DNA of 64,000 nt from Chlorokybus atmophyticus (lineage: Eukaryota; Plantae; Mesostigma and Chlorokybus algae). The stretch is from positions 129,600 to 193,599 of the forward strand of contig RHPI01001052.1 of assembly GCA_009103225.1 (NCBI GenBank), given 5' to 3'. Positions 40,201-52,158 of this stretch are shown here, in pieces (within the stretch, counting starts at the first letter, position 1; every line of letters starts with the position of its first letter). Below the pieces are notes generated by a model. The model had not been told where the DNA came from, did not search any database, and was given only the letters and a program-made list of their open reading frames with translations. The position numbers and the translations under genes are program-made.

Positions 40201-42295
40201 GCTTTCGCAAGCGAAAATGTTGGGTCTATTTATCTACTTGTGATGTTCGAAGCCACATTACGGCGATGTTGTGCATTTGGTGGGCGCGTTACGACTTAAC
40301 ATTATTGAATTTTAATGCTGAAGGTCAATGGAGCTGCGGATGCTAACCTATTGTCATGAATTGCTCGTTGCATTTCAATTTTGCCCGTAATCAAGGGATA
40401 GCCGGCGTTGCGTGCAAGCAGGCGACACATGTTGAATCACGCTGGTAGGCGGCAAGGTAGCGGAGTTGCAAGAGTTGCTGGAGTTCAAGTGGCCGTGGTT
40501 CAACCACTCTACAGCGACAGCAAGTTGCTGTTGCTGTAGAGGCCGGGGTGTGTTGTGGTGGCTACCTTAGGTAGTGGGGTGTTAGTAGCCTCCTCCACGG
40601 TCCTTACTGGTAGTACTCTCGCCGGCCACGGCCTCTTGTTGTTGGCCTTGGAGGTAGGCAAGGGGATGGTGGTGCAGAAGCGGCGCCGCTGCTGGCTGTC
40701 TGCATGCACTACGGCCAGCACCTATTAAAGGTAAGTGTTGCTTGCTGCTGGAGTTGGTGCATGCATGGGTGGTTATGTGTGTGTGTTGGTGTATGAGTGT
40801 GCCAACCAGCAGTTGGTTGTGTATAAGGCATGCACAGCAACCCACAGACGTGCTTGTGGATGCTAAGATGCGATGTCGTGCATCCGCAAGTGTATCATAC
40901 ATGCCTGATGCACATTGTGTGCACATTGTGTGTTCAATGTAACCTAATATATGAAGCGTGCACAGCAAGGCACACACGTGGGTGCGTGTGCTTAAGTGAG
41001 TTGCACGGCATGCGCAAACGTGGCCAAGTGTGCGTCCAACATAACATGGCATGTGTGTATCTGTGTGAGAGAAATGCACGACAGAATTGACGAGAGCGTG
41101 CTTGCTTATACATGGTTTGCTAAGTTCTATTTTCAGGTTGCTTACATGTATAAGTTGTAAGGCTACAAGCATAGGCATCAAGTAGAGAGTCTTGGCAAGG
41201 CGGTAACCCCGTCTCTTGACTGCAAATGCTTGCCAAGCCGGGCTAATGCAGCAGCGGAGAAGGGTGGTTTTGCAAGCTCAACGGCAGCACAGGTCAGACC
41301 TTTCAGGTCACAAGTTGCCCAAGGTCTTGCGCAGGCATGTTGCTGATCTTCTGTGTCTGAATTGACCACCTCTGTCTTGCGCAGGGATGCTGCAAGCTTG
41401 GCTGTCCCTTTTGCCTGCTTGGCTACCTCTTTCCTTGCTGCCATGGCCTCCATTGCTACTGCCTTAGCCTCTACCTTTTACGTGATTTTCTCCTCCTTCT
41501 CCTGAGCCCTGGTGACCTTCTTCTAAGCCTTGATGGCGCCGAAAGTCACTAGCTTCCCTGCAGCTCCTTGACGCTTCCTCCGCATATCCTCCTCGTCTTG
41601 AATGCGTGCAGCCTCAAGCCGCTCCTTCTCTCTCTCTCTCAGTTGATGTGTGATCTTCGGGCTGATGAGGAGCAGCTCTCATGGCGTGTTGTAAGATCCG
41701 GGGGGACTCGTCTTAAATTTCCTGGGGCTGAACTTGCGGGCATGAGATCTGGTGAAATCGTTTATCGAGCAATATCAAAGTTATAAGACTTCCATAACTC
41801 ACATGCTCGGCGATAGCGTGGTGAAAAACTCTACCACGGATTTCTCGCGGCGTGTTGCCGGTTTTAAACCCCAGCCACCGGCATTCTGGGCTCGACATGC
41901 TGCCAGCTAGGCTACGCCATACGGCAAAGAATAAATATTTCGTGTGCAAAATCATATAAGATAAACCTTTGCCGCGGCGGACCGCGCAAACTATTTATGC
42001 TTTAATTATTTAAAGAATTTGTGTTTACTTGCACCCGCGGTGTAGTTGATAGCGCGTGTACCTCATCTCCGCGCGACGGGAAATTAAATCCGAGCGGACG
42101 CACTCATTGTGAGTGCGGCTTTTCATTTTTTCATGCGCGCCAATGTTGTGGAGTAAATGGAATATCAAGATCTTGGCACCTTGAGGCGGAGGACCACACT
42201 GTGAGTGCCGTTTTTCACTTTTTAGTGCGCGCCAATGATGTGTAGTTGACGGAACTTCAAGATCTTGCCGCCTTAAGGCGGAGGACCACACTGTG
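37210..42295 (-). mobile_element. Decayed DNA-transposon-like element (CMC/EnSpm-Chapaev-like Cys-rich transposase relic) with intron-containing pseudo-ORFs
   Basis: 38700-39160 encodes FEWWHNNTRVDPMKKDIVRQRL...FYSQFK.AH.GISIGR...KPCYV...RLTCSC*YPVE...CSYMCMAC, with an internal stop; further exon-like pieces at 41180-41690, 38310-38440, 37790-38050, 37210-37390; 92-bp terminal tandem repeat at 42112-42295. Boundaries and family uncertain. Confidence 0.45.
42112..42295. repeat. Two tandem 92-bp units, each ending in CACTGTG
   Basis: CATTGTG 42105-42111, CACTGTG 42197-42203 and 42289-42295 at exact 92-bp spacing, with aligned unit sequence. Confidence 0.9.
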
Positions 42296-43173
42296 CTAGC
42301 AGACGTGGATTAATAAAGGTTAAAACAACACAATAGCTGTAGAATGACTTCAAATGTTGGATAATACATGAAATGAGGTAAAAATTGGTATAAACTTTAA
42401 AATGGTTGCACAAAAAGTGTCCCTCCATATTGTGCGACATGCCCCATGTCCTGTCCTTCAACCTCTCGCCGTTTTGGCCGAGGAGGTCCAGTACCCCCGC
42501 GGGGTACACCTTGAGCACCTTGTAGATGTGCAGCCAACGGAGGTGTCGAGCGTGTCTTTGGTGGCCTCCATGCGGCAGGCGAAGGCTTCTGCTTAAAACC
42601 GTCATTGGCGCTCCTCGTAGAAGCCACTGCACACGCGCTCATAGCGTAGCGTGTCGCGGTGCTGCGCGATGCTCAAGTTGTAGAAAGCCATAGGGACTGT
42701 GCGCTCAAATACTGCTGTGCGCGTGATAATGTCATGGTGCATTCAGTTGGGGTCGTCGAGGTTGTTCACCACGCGATCCACCTCCTGCTGCGCATGGAAA
42801 GGAAGCAGTGGTGGTCGCCTGAACAGTAGATGGTACGGGCTGTACTCGCGCAGAGCTGCCTGCTTTGACAGCCGGGACCAAAGAGCCACCCATGGGAGGT
42901 GGTCATCCTAGGTGTTCTTCACGTACTCTAGAACCATACTTGCGGAGTGCCCTTTTGATGGTTTGCACCGTGCGCTCGGCGAGACCGTCAGCTTGGGGGT
43001 GGTCACGCGAGGTACGGCGATGTTCGATGTAGCACCTGTCATAGAGTGTCGAACTCCTTTTTGAACTCAGTGCTTTAATCGGTGATGACCTCTGCGCAGC
43101 TGCCGAACCGGCTGAGGACATGGAAACGGAAGGCTTGTGCCACCCCCCTATTGCTCTTGTCGGGTAGTGGCAC

Positions 43174-43474
43174 TGTTAAAGGTACTTTGTTAGGCGCCTT
43201 AGCTAAACTTCTACGATCATCTTCACCTTAGGAGTTACGGACAGTCGTTGTTATGGGAGTTACAGTCCACTATGGTCAACGTTGACTTTGAACTTTGACT
43301 TTGACTTTGACCGTTGACTATTGTTGACTAGTGTTAACTTTGACTAGCGTTGACTAGCACTTGCTAGTGTACTATATAAGATACTGTATGTTGTGCAATA
43401 CAGTTAGATCCACTCTGCTCTATTGTCAGCGCCACACTTCTGCTTGTCATTGTTGCTACTGTGCAATCTCAATA
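43174..43474. mobile_element. Solo LTR inserted in the gypsy integrase
   Basis: 301 bp, starts TGTTA, ends AATA (decayed AACA), 5-bp TSD GGCAC at 43169-43173 and 43475-43479; removal restores KWVELVPLPDKSNRGVAQAF. Confidence 0.85.
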
Positions 43475-45639
43475 GGCACCAGCTCCACCCACTTGGAGAA
43501 ATGCTCGATCATCATCAAGATGTAACGGTTGCCGCGTGCCGAGGGTGCTAAGTCTCCCAAGATGCCGAGTCCCCATACAAAAGGCCGGAGATGGGCAAAG
43601 GGTGTAATGTGGCACTGCGTGTGTTGAGGCTGGCGCGCACCATGTCACATTGTTAACAGTGACTTACGATTTCCTGCACCTGCTTGTACAACCCATGCCA
43701 CCAATACTGTGCCCTTGCAAGGCTAACCGTACACTTGACACCGAAGTGTCCAAGCTCAGTGCGGAGGGTGGTGATGATGCCTTTGCGTGTGGCCGGTTTC
43801 GGCACCTCTTTGTCTTCACCATAGAGGCGACGATACAGCTTGTCATCCGCCCAGCGGTAGTGCTGGGTGCGTTGGTTGACGCGGTCCTTCTCACGCGCAC
43901 TCATACAGGAGAGAAGATGACCACTTTGAAGGAATGAGAGGGATGGCTTGGTAAGCCATATGTCTTGCGTGGTGTCCGTGAGTGTCAGCTCTATGTCATC
44001 GACCTCGATGTCACCATCGCGAGTGGTCTCTGCGGGTGTGGTGGTTGCGAAGCCGGTGGGCTCAGGAGTAAGTACCTCTTCATTTGTTGCTGAGGCACCG
44101 GCGTCGGTCTTGCGCCCTGAGCGCAACGCGGCGACAGCAAACATGGCAACCGCAATTAGAGATGATGATGAAGGGCCGAGCTCATGTCGAGCTCTAGTTG
44201 TATCATTAGTGCTCAGGTGGGGGTTACAATTGAGTCCATCGGCGTCTTGGTTGGTGAGGCCAGCACGGTGGTCAATCTCAAAGTCATACTTCTGCAATAG
44301 CAAGGCCCAACAGGCAAGTTTCCCTGTAAAATGTTGGTTACTCATCAACCACTTGAGTGGCTGATGATTGGTGTTGAATAAAAACTGGTGGCCGAAGAGA
44401 AAGGGTCGGAAGAAGGAGATAGCCCACACTGCAGCGAGACACTCTCCCTCACACAGCTGATGTAGTTGGTCTCGGCACTGTTGTTGCTCCGACTGGCGTA
44501 CGACACCACCCGCTCCTTCTTGCTCTCGTCGTGTTGTACCAGCACGGCTCTCATCTCGAGCTTGCTCCAATCGGTGTGAAGGATGAAAGACTTTGTGTAG
44601 TCAGGGCGATGAAGAATGGGTGCTGTGGTGAGCCTGCTTTTCAGCTCCTCGAAGGCCTGCTGTTGCGGCTCGTTCCATTTGAACTCCACTTCTTTCTTCA
44701 ATAGCTCGTTGAGGGGTCGCGCTATCTTTGCGAAGTCTTTGTGAGTGAAGAAGATGCATTTGTCGGGGTGCACCATTATCCCTACTCCCTCGAGCCTCTC
44801 CAGCATCTCGATGTGCTGTACGTGCTTTTCGTTGCTGCGGCTGAAGATGGGGATATCGTCGATGTAGCACCACGCAAAGTTTAGCCCCTTCAAGGCTTTA
44901 TGGATCACGCATTAAAACTTAGCGGGGGCATTCTTCAGCCCAAACGGCATCACCTTCCACTGGTACAGCTGTTGGTTGCCCCATAATAATGTCTTGTGCT
45001 TGTCGTCGTCCTTAATGGCGATTTGGTTGTACCCTTGGCGCATGTCGAGGATGCTGAAGAATGTGCAGTCTCCTACATCGTCAATGATGCCCTCTGCTAT
45101 AGGCATTTGGTACCTGTCTTGTTGAGTCTTGTTGTTGAGGGGACGGTAATCTCCACACATGCGCCATTCTGTCTAATTGTTTGCCGAATCCTTCTTCAGC
45201 GGCATGACGGTCGCGGTTGCAAAGTCCGATTTGGCCTCCTCAATGAGGCCTGCATCTAGCAGCGCCTTACATCTCTGTTCCACCAGGTCCTCTAGCTTGG
45301 ACAGCCTATATTGCCTTCGAAACACCGGCTCGGTGTTCACCAGCTCGATGTCCATCTGGTACATTGAACATGTACCCAATTCCCTTAATGTTGAAGCTAA
45401 ATTAACTCCTCCACTTGTTAAGGAGAGCTTTCAGCTTTTCTCGTATGTCCTCCGTGTCAAGAGGGCTAATGGCATGGTCCCAAGAAGTTGCGTTGGCAAT
45501 AACGGGGATGTCTTCCACTGTTACTGCTGCTTGCTCCATGTAAACCACCTCGAGAGCCGTGTGAGCTGCCTTGGTGTCTGCAATACGATCAGTCCACCCC
45601 CCAGCCAGGTATTTGAGATCTTAAAAAGACACATGGCGG

Positions 45640-46630
45640 TCTTGCATGGCAAAGTTCAGCTGCAGCAACCAAACCATGCTGTTTGGGTCCACAGCGCGGC
45701 CGAGCAGCTGACATTGCTGACTGTTGGTCAGCGTGGACCCTGTGATACTGTTGGGAAAGAATCCGATGGCGCGTTCGCGCTCACGTGTGTTGGGTTCTTC
45801 CAGCCTGCCCCCGTAGTGGTGTCGAACACCATGCCATCGCCGCCATTGCGGAAGGCATAGGACCCTGAGTAGTGCACCAATGTGGGAAGTGCGTGGCGCA
45901 GTTGGCCAGGTTGGTTGCATTGGTAAAAGTGGCTATGGTCAAGACGTGTGACAGGTTGAGCTCTATAGTTGGGGTCGAGGATATTATCGGCCGAGAGGTT
46001 GCGTGGCCGTGTACTCTGCGTGTACTCTGTTGTCATCAGCTCTTCTATGGTGGCCAAGTTTGTCCACTTGGCGCGGACGCAAAGTGCACGGGAGCCATGG
46101 CGCGCTGCATTTACCTTAAGTGGGTGCCCGAGAATGGAGCACACCTGTCGGTAGGTGGAGGCTACATGGGGACGCTAGTCGTCCTCTGAGTGCACGTTTT
46201 CAATGACGTACCCTAGTGGCCTGGAGACCTGGTACTGTTGGAAGAGGTGGACAACTCTCATAAACTCCTCCTCCCAAAACAGACCTGAGCGAGGGTCGCT
46301 AAGGCCTTGGCCTTTTGCTGCCCTGGAGTGTCTTTGGCACTCCCATCCAGCTATCAACAAGACAATGTTGCCACATGACGGCAAGTGGTCCTCTTTAATT
46401 GGTTGGATGTCTTGTGGCAAGGCTTTTATGCTGCCTTGCAGTGCCGACGAGGGCAGTTGATGTGGATAGCACTCGTGCAGCTTACGCACATGGTGCTTAA
46501 GAGCAGTTTGAGCGCACGGAGCAGGGTTGCAATAATAACACTTGGTGACTTTGACGCCTGTATTGAAGACTGCAGCGAGATCACTGCCGATACCTCCAAA
46601 ACGGTCCAACACTGCGATGCCTTGCTGCCA
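45640..46630 (-). pseudogene. C5 cytosine DNA methyltransferase domain inside the gypsy polyprotein
   Basis: Motif I AVLDRFGGIG, motif IV IAGWECQRHSRA, V DPRSGLF, VI YVIENV, VIII NAARHGSRA..R, X LLGRAVDP, in canonical order; stop at 46175-46177 and a frameshift near 45880. Confidence 0.9.
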
Positions 46631-49600
46631 TCGAAAGGTATCAAACTCCAAGACTCCCGTGGCTACCATGTGCTGGTCTCGTACCGTGCCGTGTTCTTTG
46701 TAGTGGTGGAAGCGCGAAGTAATCAGCGGCTGGGTCAGCAAGAGGTGTGTGTCTAACTGTGCCCGCCAACGGCGTTCGGTCGGGTCTTGCAATGCCATCT
46801 CAACCATGGCATCCTTCTGCTCCTCGGTGTAAAGAATGGGAGCGGCGTTGTCTGTGCGACAAGGGGCTGCGGCGGGAACAACTCTTGTACGGGTGCTATT
46901 ATACGTGACTGATGCCGCCTCCCCGTGTGCGCACGTGATTGCGCGTGACTGTGGCAGCCACTGTGCATTGGGCATGCGTGCGTGACACCAACTCGAGAGG
47001 TAGGCCCTGTACCCCTCCGTCATCTTCGTCCCAATGTGGTGGGAACCACGCCCGCTCCGTCCAGCAATCAAGGCCCATTACCACGGGGAAGTTAAAGTCC
47101 TGCTCGAGCAGGATCGAAAAAGCCAGCATTGGCGACCACACATGATTGAACAATCTCTGTGGTGTGGGTCGGGTCCAGCCCTGTCAACCGGAAGCAGAAG
47201 GCCTCCTTGGTGACCCCCATCACCTTGTTACGACTCCCCGTTGCTGTGTTCAATACGCATCGTCAGATCCGAACTGGTGATGCCAAGGACCGCGCGAGGA
47301 AGCGCCCGATGATGACTAGCTGTGCTCCAGCATCACCCGCTTGGGTGCTTGACCGTTGATGGTCATATGCTTGCCTTAGTTGGCTACCGTGACAGCGTTC
47401 GCGTTAATGCGTAGCCTCTGAGGCGGGCTGTCGGCACCGGTGCCTTATATCCTTCAGCTGAAGGTGCTGAGCGCATCGCAGCTAAAGCTCCTTTGCTTGT
47501 TGGGTCTTGACAACCCCCTCGTTGTCCTCTCACGCTGTCGAATCGACCTTGTCGTGGTGGTTGGTAGACACGGGGAGGCCTTTGCGCCAAGGTTTTTAGT
47601 GCTGGCTGTGGTGGAGGTGATGGTGGGTGCCGTCTTTTAGAGGAGAGGATGGAATCATGCCTACCGGCGTCCCCAATGGTTGTGGAGGGAAGCCCGGCAG
47701 ACCCGTTGTTTGCGGGCCTGCCTCGCGTTCCGCTTGCTCTGCGGCGTAGGTCCATTGAACAGCATGAGCTGCCTCCATGACTAATGTCCCTTCCCACGTG
47801 GCTGTGGGCTCTGTGTCCACATTGGTCCAGAAGTAATATTATGGCATGAGCTGCAGGTATACTGCGCGCAGTAACTGCTACCGCGTGTCATGAGTGACGG
47901 TGGGGACTCGCTAGATCTCTGCCATGTAGGCATCCCACATGCCTTGTACCACGCCCACATCGAGCACAGTCATGGCGCGCACTCGTATGGTGCGTTGGAG
48001 GTTGGTTTGCTGCGCGTGTAGCTCGTGAGCGATGGCGATGCGCCGGCGTTGCCGAGCTGCTTCCACTTCCGGCAGTCGCAGAATTGCCGCCTACACTCTC
48101 TTCAGAGTGTCTGGCGCCGTGGTGGCAGCTTCATCGTATGCTTGCCGCAGCGAGCGGATGAATGCCCCCAACCATGATGCTCTGTTGCCAAAGGCGAACA
48201 TGGGGACAGCAAGTTGATTGGCGACGAGCCACGTCACGAGTCGTGCTTGAGGCGCTGCCTTCTCGCATCCCCATCATCTATCTCAACGCACTGCCCTCAG
48301 GCCAGTGCATGACGACTTGCCGTATGAGAGCGGCACGGAGTTGTTGCTCTCCGACCACACCAGCTACTCCTCGCTGTGTGGTGTCTCCTTGTGGGGTGAG
48401 GTACCCTCGCCCTGCATCACGCTGGTTGTCGGGCATTCCATCGACCAGAGGGGGCAATAGCGGGGCGATTACCCCCCTCTATTATTGCGCTAACGCCCTC
48501 GCTTGGTCAGCAACAGTTGCTTGCCTTGGCTGTGTGCATATGGTTTGTGTTAATAGCACCACGGCAAGTGCAGTGAAGGTGCCGGTGACATGTGACAGTT
48601 TCGCGAGTTGCACCGCAGCGGCGTGTGCTGCTTCGTACGCTTGTCGGCGTGCGTCAATCTGCGCGGCTTGATCTTGCCAATAGCAATGTGCCTGTTCAAG
48701 AGCAGATTACCGTTCCTGATGACTTCCCGGTGTAAGTCCGCAAAGTGCCGGGTCAGCGCCCAACGGCATGGTTGAGGTGGTAACCACAAGAACTTGCACT
48801 TGTTGATGTCGAAGTCTGAGCGGGTCCAGCCGTAAAGGCTCAAAGTTAATCTGTTGCGCTGGCATGGGCTGGCGTGATCGGTTGAGTGCGTGCTGCAGCC
48901 TGGCGTGCAGCGCAAAAAATAATTGAATTGCTAGCTCCAACACAGCGGGGCGCTGATATGCGACCCAGAAAAGACGATCTCTCATTTCAAGAGTAGTGCC
49001 AGCTAAAAATTCATCTTTAAACCGTTGTAGAGTGGCCTCCAATAGTGTATGATTTGCAGGCGGTGGCAGCGGCCGGAATCAATCATCTCGCGCTACGTGC
49101 GTTGTGCGCTGCCCCCCGGGCCCGTACGCAATGGTAGTGGGCTTGATGTTGCGTAGGACGGACAATCAAGTGCGCTCTACTTGCGGTCCGCGTGGTACTT
49201 GCTGAGTAACATCATGTTGCGGAGTAGGGACCGCACAAATCTCAGATGGTGCGACGGTGGCAGCAGGGGCTGACAGAGGTGCGGCAACATCACTTGCAGC
49301 AACAGTTTTGGCACCTGCAGCAGTGGTGGTGACGGAGGTTGCCGCTGTGAGCGTTGCAGCAGTTGTGACTTGGGCAATGTTTGCAGCCGTAGCGGGTGGG
49401 CTGCCAACACCGCCAGTGGGTACGCCAGCCATGGCTGCAGCAGCCTCACTGCCGATCATCTCTGACGCCAACATGGTGCTAGGTGTATCCACTCTGGCGG
49501 CACCTGCGGGTGTTGTCGTCGGCGTTGTCGCTGACGGGGTCGTCCCAGCAAGGGTTGTGGTCACCGAGCCAGCCACACATGTGGCTTTCCACGACGCTGC

Positions 49601-49719
49601 TGTTCACAATACGCTTGCTTCTCTGCGTGCACATCTCAATGGTTGAACACGCGATGCAGGGGGGGTGTTCCTTTCGCATTTTAATGCCATTAAGGCCCAT
49701 CGGGCAGCGTAGCAGGCTT

Positions 49720-50278
49720 TGTAATGCCGGTTAATGTGGAATAGGCTAAAAAGGGCTTATCAAGCATTGATAAGCAATACACAACCTCTCATGGCAGCGA
49801 CTTTTGCTACTATGGCTTAATCGGCTAAGCCCCGCGTTACATTGGTAATCGGAGCTCTAAAGGTCGCGGGATCAAATCCCACCGGGCGCAAGATGCGCGC
49901 GGGTGGGTAGATTTTCGGCGACCGTCGGAAACGATCCAAGGCAGTTAGTGTGACTGGTTAACAATAAGCTGTGAGGTGAAGCGCGCTGACTGAGTCGGCG
50001 CGCAGTGTCGCTCCTGCGCGCGGCAACGTGGCAAGTCGCCGCGGAAAACTACGCGGCATGACCGGTAATGGCTGGTCATGACCGGACGCGAGCAAGTCCT
50101 GCCGGTCATGAAGGGCCAAGATGTGCAGGTAAAATCGCGGTTAAAGCCGGGTTGAATGTAATGCCGGTTAATGTGGAATAGGCTAAGAAGGGCTTATGAA
50201 GCATTGATAAGCAATACACAACCTCTCATGGCAGCGACTTTTGCTACCATGGCTTAATCGGCTAAGCCCCGCGTTATA
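49720..50278 (+). mobile_element. TRIM-like miniature LTR element A (559 bp)
   Basis: 122-bp LTRs 49720-49841 and 50157-50278 (TGTAA...TTACA/TTATA, 4 mismatches), 5-bp TSD GGCTT, PBS-like TGGTAATCGGAGC directly after the 5' LTR, non-coding interior. Confidence 0.9.
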
Positions 50279-51638
50279 GGCTTGGTAGTTTTGCTCCTTG
50301 TTTTCCTCCAGTTGGGCTACTCGTGCCATGAGGGCCGCGACTTGGTCGACAGTTGGTGAACTGACTGATGCTTTGACAGCAGCAGCTCCTACGCGAGGGC
50401 GTCCCTCGGGTACCTTGCGCTGTGGAGGGCGGTTCTTCCCACTGTAGCCAATCTCTTCTCTTCGAGTGCCGGCAGCGTTGTTGCCGTTGTTGTGAGCATC
50501 AGCGCGTTGCTGTTGTTGTAGCCCCCGCTGTCGTTGTTGTTATTGTCGCTGTTGCTGCGATAGTCACCAGCGTTGTTGATGTTGTCATAGCCAGTAGAGG
50601 GCCGCAGCTCAAGGAATTCGAGCCAGCATATCCTCCAAGTGCCCCGCCTTGTGGCAGTAGTCGCACACAAGGTTGCCGTATTCTTCGGGGCACTCCCTTA
50701 GGTAGTGACCATGTCGACCACACCAATGGCACAGCATTGGAGCAACAAGGGCAGCATAAGCTAACCATTTGTCCTTGTTGCGCGTGACTGGAGTGTCCCA
50801 ACTGCAATCTCGTCTAAGGGCCTCAGCACTCGCGCTTGTCATGGGACGTGAGGCGCTTCGGTTGGTGTCCAACACTGCCTTTCTATACACCGCGCGCTTG
50901 TGAATGGCTTGTGCAGTCTCGAAGCTTTTTTGAGGGTGTAGTCGAGGGGCCTATTGTACTTTAATGTTGAATGCGTCGGCTCACTCAAGGTGGGGTCCAA
51001 CTCAGCCACGTACACCACTGCGGCTGCCTCCTGACTGATGACCTTGTAATCAATGTCCTTCAGTATTCCTTTCAGCCGGAAACACAGGCGGAGAGGGTCG
51101 TTGTTGGGCTTCCATCGAAAGCGTTTGAACTCCTCTAATTTGCTGGTGGTCTCGGGCGGGAAGGTACGCCGCAGTGCTGCATACAAGTCCTTGAGGAGAG
51201 TCCGACATGATAGCACCAATGGTGATGGCTGGTGCGCGCAATGCCACCGAGCCAAGCGTGAAAAGGCGGACTCCTGCCGGAGTATGCAAGCCCGGTGTTA
51301 GCGGTATTGGTGTCCTCCTTTCAAGGCTGCAACTTGTTGTTCAGCCTATTGAGTCTCAATAATGGCAGCGGTGCGGTCAAGCATTCTGGTCCGTTGGTTG
51401 GCCTTCTGAACCTCGACCTCTGCAAGTGTTAGCGAGTTCAAAAACCAGCTCAGCTTCTTCGTCCTCTGCTCGTTGCATGGCTAAGGCTAACGCTTGCCCA
51501 GTGACTGGGGGTTGGAGGGACCATTGTTGCTGAGGCAGTAGCCGCTGGGCTATACGTCGGTGCAGGTGCTATGGTGTTGGCAAGCTCGCCATAACCATCG
51601 ATTCTATGCAGCTCAGCAATGGACTTCCACACATCGTG

Positions 51639-52158
51639 TGTAACGAGAAGGTACATAAAATTACCACAAATCGACCATAAAAGCACCAAGCCTTTTATGG
51701 TCGAGTGGGCTGTGACATTAATCGTTAGAGCTTGAGACTCGGGTTCGATTTCTGCCTTGCACACGAATTCCACGATCGTTGTTTCTCGATCTAGTAATAT
51801 CGTAGATGGTTACTTCATAAGTGCCATTATCGATCGGTCGCGACTTGTCTAATGGGTGTCGCGCTGGCATTCAGCTAGCGCGGCAGGACGCGACCTACCT
51901 GTCGCGATGCGACCGGTGGGGCCGGCAGCAGCGCACTATGCGCGCGTTGATCGGTATGGGCCTAAATGGCCGGTTCTTGGATGTGGGCCGATCACCGACC
52001 CTAACAAACCCCTTGGGTGATTCCCCAACTTAGCGTGGGCAACTGCCGAGGACGTCAGCGTGCTTAAACTGGGGGGGAATGCAATGGGAAGGTACATTTG
52101 ATTACCACAAATCGTCCATTAAAGCACCAAGCCGTTTATGGTCGAGTGGGCTGTAACA
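51639..52158 (+). mobile_element. TRIM-like miniature LTR element B (520 bp) inserted in gag
   Basis: 79-bp LTRs 51639-51717 and 52080-52158 (TG...CA, 10 mismatches), 5-bp TSD TCGTG, polypurine tract GGGGGGGAA before the 3' LTR; removal restores gag ...YLDHEAHDVWKSI. Confidence 0.88.

Noticed and set aside
42105-42295. RAG recombination-signal-like sequence
   Set aside because: The heptamer is present, but there is no ACAAAAACC nonamer at 12 or 23 bp in the right orientation.
42397-42642. Chromodomain at the end of the gypsy integrase
   Set aside because: The sequence matches the integrase C-terminal VLKV..GVL.L.G tail and is truncated; no chromodomain motif is visible.
49861-51763. Functional tRNA genes at 49861-49890 and 51735-51763
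   Set aside because: Only 3' halves are present, with no D-arm or anticodon arm; reported as TRIM modules instead.
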